DNA of 63,858 bases, filler included, from Intoshia linei (Eukaryota; Animalia; Orthonectida): the NCBI GenBank assembly GCA_001642005.1. It is 7 parts of 7 records of this genome, joined end to end, with 100 filler letters (N's around TTAATTAATTAA, not from the genome) between each part and the next. Parts side by side here need not be neighbours in the genome. Positions count along the whole stretch, not along the records: positions 20,008 to 32,620 come from LWCA01001066.1; positions 32,721 to 44,184 come from LWCA01001168.1; 5 more parts are not named here. The stretch is one strand, 5' to 3'. Made by a program: the position numbers and the translations under genes. Below the pieces are notes generated by a model. The model saw only the letters and a program-made list of their open reading frames with translations, was not told the DNA's origin and did not search any database. Shown here in pieces: positions 20,184 through 33,036 of the stretch (positions are counted from its first letter, which is position 1; each line of letters starts with the position of its first letter).

Positions 20184-23100
20184 AGAATCACAACAGAGCA
20201 GCTTAGTTTATCAAGATAAAATACGAAATTTGGAAAAAGAATTGAGTATTATTGAAAATTACAAGAATGAAAATGTTCAATTGAACTTAAAATTAGAGGT
20301 ATTAAAATTTTATATCATTTTACTCATCCTTTAAGTTTAAGTTTCTGCCCTTATTGAAATTTATTATTAGATTATAGTAAATATTTCATGTAAATTCCAT
20401 CAAATATACGCAGTTAAAGTTTCATAGCAAAAAGTATTTGGTAAATTAATTTTTATTGATAACTTAAAAAATCGAATAATAATTGTAACGAATAGTAATG
20501 AAATATTTTATAAAATTCAAAAATTATCCATTGACTGTAAATTTTACATCAAAATGATATCTGGTACAATCGATTCTCTCTATGCCAAAATGGCATTTTG
20601 TTTAAAATAAGAAAAAATTTCAAAGATACAAGTTTTTGGGTTGTAATTTATGATAATGTTCATGATTATAAACTCAGAATTTGTGTTTTTTAAAATTTTA
20701 GAACTAAGTAATTGAACTTGTGTTTTGTGGGTTTTGGCAGTGAAGATGCCATTTTCTGAGGTTGAAATTTATCTTACTTTCTGTGTCGGAAAAATCTGAA
20801 TTTCAATTTATTTAGAAAATTTTTGTCATTGTCAGTTTTCTAAATTAATGGTTACACAAAGACACATTTTTAGTAATTTTTAGATTATATAACTAAGAAT
20901 ATAGATTGAAATTTTAGAAACTAAAAAATAATGAAAACAAAGATGACTCGGAAATTGACGAAAAGTAAACCATTTGCATTGATTTATAATTTTTTTTAGA
21001 ATAAGAGTAATGAATGGTCAAATTGAATCTTTGCGTCAAACTAATGCTATATATGTGTCAACTCAAAGTAAAATGCAAATTTCGTAATTTTTTTTTCATT
21101 TAATTGAGAATGATTATAATTATTGTATAACAGGGCAGTGTTTCCCTAACTTTTTTGTATCATTAGCTATGATTCATTACCCAGATTTTAGCATTCTATT
21201 GGAATTAATTTTTACATTATATAATACATTAATTGATGTATTTTACACCGCATAGAAACATAGAATTGATGATTAAAATTTTATACTCATTAATAATCAT
21301 ATATAACTAGCGTGGCTGTTTTGTACTACGTAAAAACAGTACCTAGCTCTGCCGAGGGCGGACTTATCTAATTCTACCAAAAAAATAAATTCAATAATAA
21401 AATCTTCATTAACAATTATTTAAAGAAGTTATTATTACCTAAACTTGAATTTCACATTACCTTTTAATTTAAAATCAATAATTTTATTTGGTTAACATTT
21501 TAAACCAATTTTAAACAATTTTGTGATCCCATTTATTAGATATAATGAGTGTATAATCTTAAAGATAAAGCCAAAATAGTAAAACTTAAAAATTGACAAA
21601 ATAGCGTAAATTCCATAAAAAATAAATTTGTGAATAAAGCTGCATATTCAATATCTTCTTTCGATGAGTAAAAAATATTAATTTTTTATCAATAATTACA
21701 GAAGCAGCAGTTTAAAAACATACTTAGTCTCTTAACAGTTGGAAATGGGTAGACGTTCAATGTACTTTTTTTGAAATGGTAAGATCAATATTTACATTTT
21801 CAATATTTATTTTAATCGAAATATTTGAAAAATGTTGGTTGATCATATATTAAAAATTATTTTTCACCGGGAATGTGTAGATTTCTGGAGTTCAAATTTT
21901 GTATTTATATCAACTGGAATAAGCTCTATCAGAATAATCTTTTTTTTTAATTTTCGGACCGTTAATTATTTTACATTTTTTGTTTTAATAAAATATTTTG
22001 GAAAAAAATATATGAATACTAAAGTGCTTTTTGGACCGTGAAAACGTCACTTATTCAGATTGAAATTTTTTGTGTGTGTTAACAGGATACAACTTCGAAA
22101 ACCTGTAATTTTTTTAAATTCTAGAACTGTTTTTATTAAAAAAAGAAGGGTAATTTGTGGTTTTGGCCCTGAAGATATATATTTTTTTACATTTAAATTT
22201 ATGATTTTAAAATCATTATTAGAGTATATATTTTTTTAAATCCTTGAACTCGTTTGATTTTCAAAAAAAAGGACAATTGGGCTTTTTGACTCGTAAGATG
22301 TGAGTTTGGGAGGTTGAAATTTAATTTGCTGACACTTCCGGAAAAAAACTGTAATTGAAATGTAGACTTTATAAAATTCTAAGATGGTAGTTATTGAAAT
22401 AAACGGTAACACACAGACAAACAAAGCATTTTATATAAGTAAGGATAATTATTAATGCTTTTTATGTAAATCTTTTTAGATTAGGGAAATTACAAAATAA
22501 TTTGAAAAATAGTGGTGAATTGTGTTTTGAATTGAATGAACGAGTTGATTTACTTGAGAAAGAAATCAGTTCAAGAGAAATGACCATCAACCGTTTGAGT
22601 TATAAAGTTAATTATTATGAGGTATTTTCAAATAATTAGTCAATATTAGTGATTAAATGGGATATGAGTCGGTACGAGCAAGGAAATAATGAAACGGAGT
22701 TTTCGGCATTAATATTTTTAATTTATAAATTATACTCCCGTTGAAGGAATCATTTAATTGTTTCCAATTAAGTTTATTAACAATAATATTTAAAATTATT
22801 GATTCATTTATTTCTAAGTTTCTTGTTATGTATTTTGTATAAACAGCAGCTAGCTCTACCGAGGGGGAAATGTTTAAATGTATATTACCAACCAAAAATG
22901 AAAATACAGATTTATTTTTTTTTAAATTGTAGCATCGATATTTAAATTTTTATTTTATTTCAAAAATTATAAAACATTAAAATTCATTTTTAACCAGGAA
23001 TGTATAGATTTATAATGTTAAAATTTTTTCTCTAAATCAAGTGGAATAAACTGTATCAGTTTATTTAAAATCTTTTTTTTAAATTCTGGGACCATTAATT

Positions 23101-24832
23101 ATAATTAGTTATTGAATTGCTGGTAAATGATTTTATGACTATCAATGTGTTTATTTTGGAGGTTGAATATTTTTTGGATATTAAACACTAAATACTATGA
23201 TTTTTTTAAATTCAAGGACTTTTTTTTTAAAAAAGTGTCATTTGTGTTTTTGACCGTGAAGATTACAAATTTGCAAAATTTGAAACTTATCCTACTTTTG
23301 TATCGGTAAAAGTGGACTTATAATTGATTTTTTTTAAATTTATGTAAGTTTCATTTTTAGTCTACATTACATTGCACAACATTTTAGCAACTTTTACTTT
23401 ATGAAAGTTATACGTTTAGTAAAAATGTTCTAATTTTTGCTGAATTCATTAATATTATAATTAATTTTAATATAAATTAGAAGGAAAAGAATAGAAAACG
23501 GGACCACCAGCGTAAATTAATCACTGAAGATGTAACGGAACCAGAAATAAATGGAAAAGACAAAGAAAGAGAAATGCTGATAAAAACAATAGAAACTTTG
23601 GAAAAAGAAATCATATCGTATAAATCTATTGTAAACGATAAAATAAACAACAAGGTACATTATTTAAATAATTATTGATATTTGCAAAAAAATAGCCAAA
23701 ATTAAATATCTCACATTGCATTGAACCTCCAAATCAACAAATTATATTAAATTTAAGGTATTTAATTTGTTCACATAATCATTAATATATGATTTATTAA
23801 TGTGAATAATTGTTTTATTCAATACATTTTAACACTTTTAACTTAATGAGTTTTGAGTTAATAATTCAACTAAACAAACATTTTTCAGTGTTACCCCTGC
23901 AACAGTAAAAAACTTTTTAAATTATCTTATTTTTCTTTGTGAATATCTTAAGATTTCATTAAATTTGATTCTTCCCTGCTTTTTTAATAAGTTACCTATT
24001 CAATGTTTAGTAAAATAAATATAAATTAAAATAAATTGTTCACATTGACTAATATACCGAATAACGGTAAAAACATAAAATTTAGAGAAGAATTATCAGA
24101 CATTACCAACAAATATGAAAAACTGCGAAAAGAATCTGTAAACTAAAAATTTAATTAATAAATTTAAATTATAGAATTATAAAATATTAAGCTTAAAAAA
24201 CAATCCATACGAATCTGCAATTTCGCAAGATAAGAAAAAATGCAAACAACTTGTCGAAGATAATTTAAAATTTAAACAAAGAATAGTATTTCTTGAAAAT
24301 GCTGTAAAAGCAGTAAAAGTAAAAACAACTGAAAATTGCACAAATGCAGCAAATTTCAGTATATTAAACAATTTAACATTCCAAGTAAACTCTGAAATTA
24401 AAAATCCATCTGCAGAACCTTTAGTCGGTGGTAATACTCTTATTTATACTTAAAATAATTGTATAAATAGAACTTCGAGAAAAATTAAATAGTGCTCAAT
24501 TAACACAAAAAAGACTGAACGAAGTATTTGAAGATTCCATAAAAAAATTTCAACAAATTTATTTTAATCTTACCGGATTCTTAATCAAGAACATTTCAAG
24601 AAATGTGTATTCAATATCTACTAATTTTAATAGTTCGAACGATAATGTTATTATGATTCAAGTAATGTTTCATTAAAATTTGTTTAATTTCGTTTAGGAC
24701 AGCGGCGAAAATATCAAAATACTCAGAAATAAATTTTATGATGAAATTCCGGATGAAATCAAACAATCTTTAGTAGATTCTGGAAATATTCAATGTTTTT
24801 TTGCTACATATTTATTACACCTGTATAATTGA
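20184..24832 (+). CDS. MAD1L1: Mitotic spindle checkpoint protein MAD1, 3' portion
   Basis: Coiled-coil exons from 20184 (ESQQSSLVYQDKIRNLEKEL...). Mad2-binding-like YKILSLKNNP at ~24178. C-terminal RWD-like domain ELREKLNSAQLTQKRLNEVFEDSIKKFQQILFNLTGF...KILRNKF...NIQCFFATYLLHLYN* (exons 24471-24661, 24698-24832). Confidence 0.85.
21307..22445 (-). mobile_element. Apparently full-length non-autonomous Helitron (~1.14 kb) in a MAD1 intron
   Basis: On the minus strand: host A | TCCTTACTTATATAAAATGC(GTTT/GTGT)n ... subterminal hairpin (ctgttttgtactacgtaaaaacag, 21316-21339) ... CTAG | host T, with no TSD. These are Helitron hallmarks. Confidence 0.8.
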
Positions 24833-24851
24833 ATTACATAGTCTTTTAATT

Positions 24852-25389
24852 TCATGTTTCAGTATTTACAGTTATTTTTTTAATTTTCATAGTTTCTTTA
24901 AGTATTCTTCTAAGTAATGATAACCTTGATATAATAAATACAAATTACGTCAACCGAGAAGCTATACTTGCATACACTAGGTGGGTTTGTAGAAACATTT
25001 CATTGCCAAAATTTTGCATGCAGTTTCTAAATTTTTTATTTTATTTTTCTATATTTATTCACGTCAATTTACATAAACAGAGAAATTAATAGATTGTCCA
25101 TTTTTTTCAAAAATTGTAATATTCTGGTTTCGCTAAATGGCTATGAAACAAATACAATATAAAGATACTAATCTTGATTATTGGTAAAAATGTGTTCTAT
25201 ATTAACTTTTTTAACGCATTTATAAATCTAAAATTATGATTTTTAAATATTTACATTAAATTGATTAATTACTTGATTGAGACGTTTATAGGATGTTGAG
25301 TTTCTGTGCCGATTTTTGTCAATATATACCAAACGTTCTACAATTAAAATTTCTTTATCAAATGAAGTTTTAAGTTGAGTAAGAGACAT
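24852..25389 (-). CDS. NEPRO: Minimal NEPRO/Rmp1-like protein (Nepro N domain; RNase MRP-associated family), ~123 aa
   Basis: Phase-consistent exons 25389-25273, 25227-25169, 25132-25073, 25026-24949, 24909-24852: MSLTQLKTSFDKEILIVERLVYIDKNRHRNSTSYKRLNQIYKCVKKV...EMFLQTHLVYASIASRLTRILKETMK. Motifs E..i..rlvY..kN.hR....yk.L.q and the terminal ..SRL are characteristic of Nepro_N/Rmp1. Confidence 0.7.
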
Positions 25390-25728
25390 GGTAGATTTTT
25401 AATAATCCTACACTTTTATTAGAATTAAATTATAGTAATAATTGTAATATGTAATATGATTGTTTTTAGAGGGGTTTAGGGGGATCGACATTCTTAACTT
25501 TATTCGTGTTTATAAAGTGGATTAAATAAAAATTCAAAAAAATCATCATATTAACGGTTACATATATGAATCATTCAAAAATTTTTACTAAAATTTAAAA
25601 AATTCAACCATTTTTATTAAAAATCTAGTTTTACCAAGATTTAATTTATTTATGGTTCCAAACTAAAGCCTGCAGTATAAAATTTGATGATAAATAAATT
25701 TTTTTAAATAAATTTCAAGTGATTTTAA

Positions 25729-25930
25729 CCCTTTCACTGTCTGATGCAATTTTATGTACTATGACCACACGTCTGGAATTTATGTTCTAATTTAAACTTG
25801 TATTACCTATGTTATTTTCCTTTAATCTATACCTTTTTAAATTACCTATGTGAAAATTTATGAAAATAAAAGAAGTTTTTCAAAATTATGCTGTATGTCA
25901 TAGAATACACAGACGTGTGAAGTGAAAGGG
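25729..25930. mobile_element. piggyBac-type MITE (202 bp)
   Basis: TTAA|CCCTTTCACT ... AGTGAAAGGG|TTAA. Confidence 0.85.
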
Positions 25931-26375
25931 TTAAAATTGAAAAACAAGCAAAATAAAACTTTTTTTAAAAAAAATCAAAATAAAACAATAAAATGTGCAC
26001 CGTTAATTGATTAGACAATTCGAACCGCATGCACTACGCGAAATACATTTTTGATAAGCCTCATAGATTTTCAATGCTTACCTTATTTTTCTTAAGAGTA
26101 ATACTTTCTAGTTTTTATTTTTTATTTCCAAATTAAATTTAATATAACTTATTTAACAAATTGATGTGTACTTTATTTATGTACATTAGGTAGTGCGACC
26201 AGAAGTACGACTTTTGGAACAAAACCAAAAGTCGTACTTTTCATAACTAAATAAACTTATAAATTGAAATTTAACTTAAATGTTCATTTTTCTATTGAAA
26301 AATTAATCAAAAACATATTTTGTTTCTAAGCAATAAAAGTACTACTTTTAGTTCGACAAAAATATGGTCAGCCTA

Positions 26376-27468
26376 CATTAGAGTGTCACATCGTTTTTAA
26401 ATTTTGAGAATTTGAAAGACGGAGTAACTAGGAGTGTATTTTTGAATCCAGATCACGATCTTAGAAACAGTTGTTCAAAAAAGTCAGTAACGACGTTACG
26501 TTGCTCAATTCACTAATTAACAAAATATAGCTAAATTCAACTTTATTTTTATGTTTTTCTTACTTTTTTCATCCAAAAACTTAAATTCCTGCTTAAAAAA
26601 ATTTGTATATTTTAATATATCGTGTTCAGCTAAATCATGTACAATTGACTTTATTTTATAATTATAATATAAAATAAATTGAAAATTATAGTTATTATTA
26701 TAATTTTGTTTTGTTGTTTAAACTTAAGTTTTTGAGCTTTTAAACGTGGTACCGACATTATAATATTGTTCTCCATGTTTAGTTATACATTTTATTTTTT
26801 TAAATTTGTTTCTACCTCAATTTTTTGGATTTTTGCTAAATTATATGATATGTATAATTATGCATGAAATACAATTTAAATAATGTAAATTGCCAGAATT
26901 CGAGAAATTGAATCGTTAATAAAATCCAAAAAAATTGAGCTAAAAAAAAATTTAAAAAAATAAACTGTATAATTAAACATGGAGAACAATATTATAAACT
27001 CGGTATCACGTTTAAAAGCTCAAACGCCAATTTCCGTTAAAATAAAGTTCAGTTTTAATTTCTCCATAATATTTTTATAGTGATATTTAAAATGACAAAC
27101 ACAACTTGAATAGATAGCGTTAAATGATTTTGATTGCGAATTAGTTTTTATATTTTAAAAATACACACTTTTAGTGCTAATTTCCCATCGAATTCTAAAA
27201 TTTTCGTAAAAATGTGACACTCTAATACAGTGCTTTCTAACCATTTTTGGTTGGCGACACACCAATCAAAAAAATAAACGACTAATTAATAAATATAGTT
27301 GAACCAATTATTATTTTTCTAATAATAATCTGAAAATAAGCTATTTTACGTCTTCCAATTGTATTATTTGCTAATGGAATTTAAAAAAATATTAACAAAA
27401 TTAAAATTTTAAGTTTGGCGACACACAAAAGTGTTACGACATACCGGTTGGAAAGCACTGCCCTAATG
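26376..27468. mobile_element. TA-flanked MITE with internal foldback and a nested hAT MITE
   Basis: TA|CATTAGAGTGTCACAT ... ATGTGACACTCTAAT[hAT]...G|TA. Internal long inverted repeat ~26731-27024. A related terminus lies at ~9098. Confidence 0.7.
27228..27460. mobile_element. hAT/Charlie-type MITE
   Basis: TIR CAGTGCTTTCTAACC / GGTTGGAAAGCACTG; degenerate 8-bp TSD ctctaata/ccctaatg. Confidence 0.8.
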
Positions 27469-28268
27469 TATATCGTAGATTTTTTATTTTTTTTATTATT
27501 AACTAGGTTGAATTTTATGTAGTTCTTACAAACAACACCTAACTCTGCTGAGGGCAGACTGTTTTGATTCTACTTAAAAAGCAAATTTAATCTTAAAATC
27601 TTATAAAATGCTACTATACAGTATTATCAATCTTTTAAAGGAGTGAACCCCAAACTTGTTTTACGTGGATTCTGATTTATTTTTTAATGTGAAGTGTGAA
27701 TTTATATTCAATATCGGCTTTCAATAACTAAAAAATATTTTGTATCAATAATTAATGGACTCTAAATTTTTAAAGCATATATCGTGTCAATTTTACCAAC
27801 ATTGTATAAATATAAAAATGATACTAACAAAGTTGTACTTGAAGTGATTTTTAATTTTTTGAAATAATTTAAATGAAAAATTTAATTTAGGGTAAAATTA
27901 ATTAAAGTCGTTGAGAATGGGAAACACTCAGCTAATGTATATAATATGAAATCAACGGAAATGACAAGACTGATAATATAATGATTGACTTGATCAACAA
28001 GAAAAAGGCACCCTTAATATGAACTGCATGATGTTTAAATCTAAAATTATTAATTATAATTTTTGCGACTTCACAGCGGATTTGAAATATTAATAAGACA
28101 AACTTTGATTTACAAATACATAATATACATAGTAAATACAAATATAAAGCAAACTACTGTATCTAAAATATTAGTTTTATTTCTTGTTACATTTTCATAC
28201 GCCTAAACTACAAATAGTATCCAAAACAATAAAATTAATACAAATAATAAAAGTATAAAATTAAAAAT

Positions 28269-30861
28269 ATGGGAAAATATACTGTAGAAAAATGGATAGA
28301 ACTGGTAAATTTAAAAATAAATGATGAATTTACTTTAATTGTTAATTTAATTATTTTAAAATACATATCATTAATTTGACAAAACAATAGTAGTAAATGA
28401 TCAAAAATAAATATTAATAATAAATCGAATTCAAGTATCCATTATAATTAAATTTTGCTATTTATTCCACAAAATTTGATAAATGTAAATTAAGAGTCTC
28501 AAGTTGGGACTTAACTTGATACAATCATATAATTTATTTTATAAAAAATAAATTATTGACATGTCAATTAAAAATTGATTTAATATTTAATTTTGTTCCT
28601 TAATGATTACACAATTTATAGAATCGCGAACGCTTAGATGAGGCAAATAAAAATATTCAATGTAGTGGATTAATTTTACAAGAGTCCCTTAAAAAAATTA
28701 ATGAAAAACACGAAAAACTACAATCGATATCAAATTATGATCAACACAAAAAATGTACATAAATTTGAAATTTTATTTAACATATTTAAAAGCTCATTCC
28801 AATTTGTTTGTCAACTTTTGGAAGGATGAATTGTCCAATGCACAAAAATTGATAGAAGACGAAAATCAAAAATTGAGCAACATAACAATATCTAATGTTG
28901 ATATTTTCCTGAACAATATATCGATACCAATTGATACTGTCAATTCATGTATTACATTAAGGTAATATTCACCTTACTTAAGTTGGATTGATATTTAAAT
29001 TTTTATTTGTTAAATGTTATTTATAATGTTAAGATGTTTAAATTGGGTTTAACGTTTAAACCATCAAGATGTGGATTTGTGACTGTGAAATTTATGACAC
29101 TTTAAAATTATTGAAAAACTCTCCGCGTTTTTTGTTCAAGTTCTAGGCCCTAAAATCTAGGGTTTTTTTTTAAATAAATGGCTACAGACAAAAAAGACAC
29201 ACACAAAGTACGTAATGTGATTAATGACACCCTTTACTTATATACAACGTGTGTATAATCAACGATGACAGAATTGGTTATCAAGGACTTTGAGTATTAT
29301 TATTAACATGTAATGTGTAAATTAGTATTAATAAATAAAAAATTTAGAAATACTAGAATTCAATTTGAATTAGTGCACGATAGACCTGATGAAATGTTAA
29401 CACATTTAATATCAATTTTGCAAGACATTTATAAAATTATAAATAACATTAAGCACAATATTATAGAAAGGATTAGGTATTTTTAACAATCTTTATTTAC
29501 AACATGTTAAAAATTTTTATATTTTCGTAATTTTTCTATTATAGGGTAAATAAAACCGACATTTATACAATGCATCAATTCATAGGATATATAAACGATA
29601 CGACCATTACAAAGTAACTATACAAATATTCATGAAATTTTTCCTAATCAAATTTTATTTACCATCCATTGCGATAGACAGAACTGAGCTTAACTCGAGG
29701 CCCCAAAAATAAAAAATATGTACATACGAAAATTTTATTAAACCATGCGTAGTTTCATATAGAAAAATTTTTCCTAGCCTTGATATTGTAAATTAAACAC
29801 ATACACCAAGTATTTACAAAATAGTTACTATTTTCAAGAATGTAATTTTTTTAAATTCTTAAGTTGGAAAAATGAGGTCCCAATTTAAAAAAAATTTTGT
29901 CGACCTCCTGAAGAGGGACATTGCTACCGTAGGTTTGGCTCAGGCAGTAAAGACTCATTATAACGAGTTCTTAACCTGTTGTTTCGGTATCCTAGGGTAC
30001 AAAAACAGTTTTTGTGGTTCCAGAAAATTGCTACCCTAATACTGGGAGATCTAAAAATGACCCATTGTTATTAGAAGCTTTAATGTATGATAGTGAGTTT
30101 TGCAGCAAGAATATTTTAAAGTTTATGTTTAAGATCGTGTTGCAAAATTCTATACATTGTGGTATACAATTTAGACATTTATTTTATTTAAATTTATCGA
30201 TTTTCATTAAGTTATTAAATTTGTAATAGAAACGAAAACGTAAAAACACAATATGATGCAATAATTGAAAAAATTGAAAAATCCCGTCAAGAAACAATTT
30301 TATTTGAAAAATGTATCAATGAAGTGATTAAAAACAAAAAATACGAAATATACAGCCAATTTAATAATTTAAAGAATAAATTCATTCTAAGAATAGATGA
30401 TGTTAGAAAGGCTAAAGAAATTCAAGAAAAAACACTGCATAATGTAAATTTTAACCTTGTTTTGTATATTATACCTATACATGTAAACCGGGAGTTTCAT
30501 TATTTACATTTGACATTTAGACTTATTTTTCCATGAAAATAGATAAACCCTTAATTTTAACTGAAATATATTAATTATCATTTAGGTAAATTTGGAAATT
30601 GAACAATTAGAAAAAAATATCGAATGTATAAGCATAGATATTGGTAAAGACATACAAACGAGTGAGTGCGTTGATCAAAGTGAATCGATTGATCAAGTAT
30701 TAATGAATTCCATTAAATCTTCACAAAAAAATATTCGAGCTTTAAATAGGTCAAAATTGGACTTGGAAAATGACATTCAAATTAAACAAGATACCATTTA
30801 TGTTGATGAGAATGAATGTATGGGATTAATTGAAAATGTTATTTCGATTTTTAGTAACTAA
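28269..30861 (+). CDS. Divergent tektin (TEKT1-like), ~341 aa, 7 exons
   Basis: Exons 28269-28304, 28622-28754, 28793-28961, 29348-29476, 29545-29613, 30230-30443, 30586-30861 (1026 nt, in frame). Motifs KYT..KW, FWKDEL, PI.....CI.LR..R...ELVHD and LENDIQIKQDTIYVDENECM. Confidence 0.85.
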
Positions 30862-31847
30862 AATGTATAATATGGTTGAATAAAATTATGATTTAATTAT
30901 TCAATTTTAAAAACTATCAACATAATAATATTTTTATTAATTAAATTACATAATATTTATTTTAATCATTGTACAATGTACATTGTACATCTATTCATCC
31001 GAATCCGAATCTATTTCATTAGGTTCTACAGCTACATTAATTTTTATAAACATATTTTGATTCTAGCTACCCGAATCTGGTATGAATTTTCAAAAAAATA
31101 TGCATGTTGTCTAATTACAGAGACGATAAAATATAATCTTACATAATGAATTGAAGTTTAAAAAATTTGAATAAAATATATTATTTTTTGCAGCGCCTAG
31201 ATTTTACATTCGTAGTAGGGCTAGTCAAACAATTAAAATTCAATCATAATTAAACGGTAACAGCAATTCTATACGACAATTGTTACAATATATTACACGG
31301 GACAACAAAATCGAAGTTTGTGCCGACGATTTTAACTAAACCAAACTATATTAAAATCAATTTTTAAAAAATAAAAATGATATTAAAAAATTTTTCAAAT
31401 GGCTGCATGAGCCGAGATATTGAGTATTAAACTTTAATTTTATTATTGTGTGGCATAGAATTGACAGTATTTTTATATTAGTTATATTTAACAGAACTTT
31501 AATCATATTATATGAAGAGTTATAGATTCATAATTGTTCAAATATCAAAAAAAAAATTAGTAAATTATTTTTCATACACAAATTTATCAAATAATACACG
31601 ATATTATCGACTTATACATATATAAACATATACGAATACATGAAATCGTGTCATCAGAAAGTATGGGAACTACGGACATGGATTTTCATACTTAATTCTA
31701 ATTACTTGAATGAGTTTATATATTTTCTTATAAAATTAAAAATTACATCTGCCTTCATTAAAGTTGTTGATATCATCGTTATGGTTACCTATATAAACAA
31801 TTTATATATAGATACAGTATTCCCAGCTCTATAACTCGCTATTAACC

Positions 31848-32190
31848 CTTACTTATAGACATATAAGTAAAATGCTGTGCAATATTTGTTTGTGTGTGTT
31901 ACCGTTTATTTCAATAACTATCAGTCTTGGAATTTTATAAAGTCCACATTTCGATTACAGTTTGTTCCAAGGTGTTAGCGAACAAAAATTTCAACCTCCC
32001 AAACTCACATCTTACAGGTCAAAAACCCCAATTGTCATTTTTTTGTGAATCAAACGAGTTGGAGACTTTAAAAAATATATACTCTGATACAGATTCTAAA
32101 ATCATAACTATTATGATAAATTTAAATTTAAAAAAATATATATCTTTAGGCCCAAACCCTCAAATACACTTTTTTTAATAAAAAATAGCC
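31848..32190 (+). mobile_element. 5' part of a Helitron-family copy
   Basis: cttacttata...gtttgtgtgtgttaccgtttatttcaataacta...; reverse complement of ~22130-22445. Confidence 0.75.
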
Positions 32191-33036
32191 CTAGTAGTAA
32201 CAAGTAAAGTTAATAGTTAGTATATATATTGTTTTTTTGTATTATTGCTTATAGTTTTCAGATATAGTATATATCCGTTTTTTTGTATATTTTTAATACA
32301 AATTACATTAATTTTTTGTTAAAACTAATTACATAATATAAATTATACACAATTATACAAATTATATTATATATTTTAAAATATATTTAAATTATTAAAT
32401 ATATTATTATAAATAAATTTAAAATCCCGATCCAGTATAGATCAATTTTAAACCTTAGGGACCTACAAATTTAATGCATCGCAAATAAGTGTTTTAGGAC
32501 ACACCTTATTTAGATATTAGATATTACATTTATTTAGATTTAAAAAATTGATTCTATCATGAATTATTTTAATTTAGGGAAATATTTGTAATCTTTATTT
32601 TCTATATTACGATAGAATATNNNNNNNNNNNNNNNNNNNNNNNNNNNNNNNNNNNNNNNNNNNNTTAATTAATTAANNNNNNNNNNNNNNNNNNNNNNNN
32701 NNNNNNNNNNNNNNNNNNNNACTGACAAAATATTATTTTATAAAATTTGTTTATTTCTATATACTTTTTTGTTGGGTTACTTACAATTTTCGATGAATAC
32801 TGATTTAATTAATATATTTACTGACAAGAAAGTAATTAAATACTGACAAAGTACATTTTATTACTGACATTTTAGTGTTTATACTGAAAATTTATCCTTA
32901 AGGGTTGGTAAAATTGGGATTTTTTCCTGAAGGGTTAGTAAAACTATATTTTTCCATTAAAGGTTGGTAAAAGTGGATTTTTAGTAAAAATGGTTGGGTT
33001 TAAGAATATTCTCGTATATTAATTATAAACGTTTAG

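Noticed and set aside
21832-22424. Recurrent similar ORFs (1858, 21832, 22236, 31927, 48368)
   Set aside because: Chance frames in copies of the non-autonomous Helitron; the frame is not conserved between copies.
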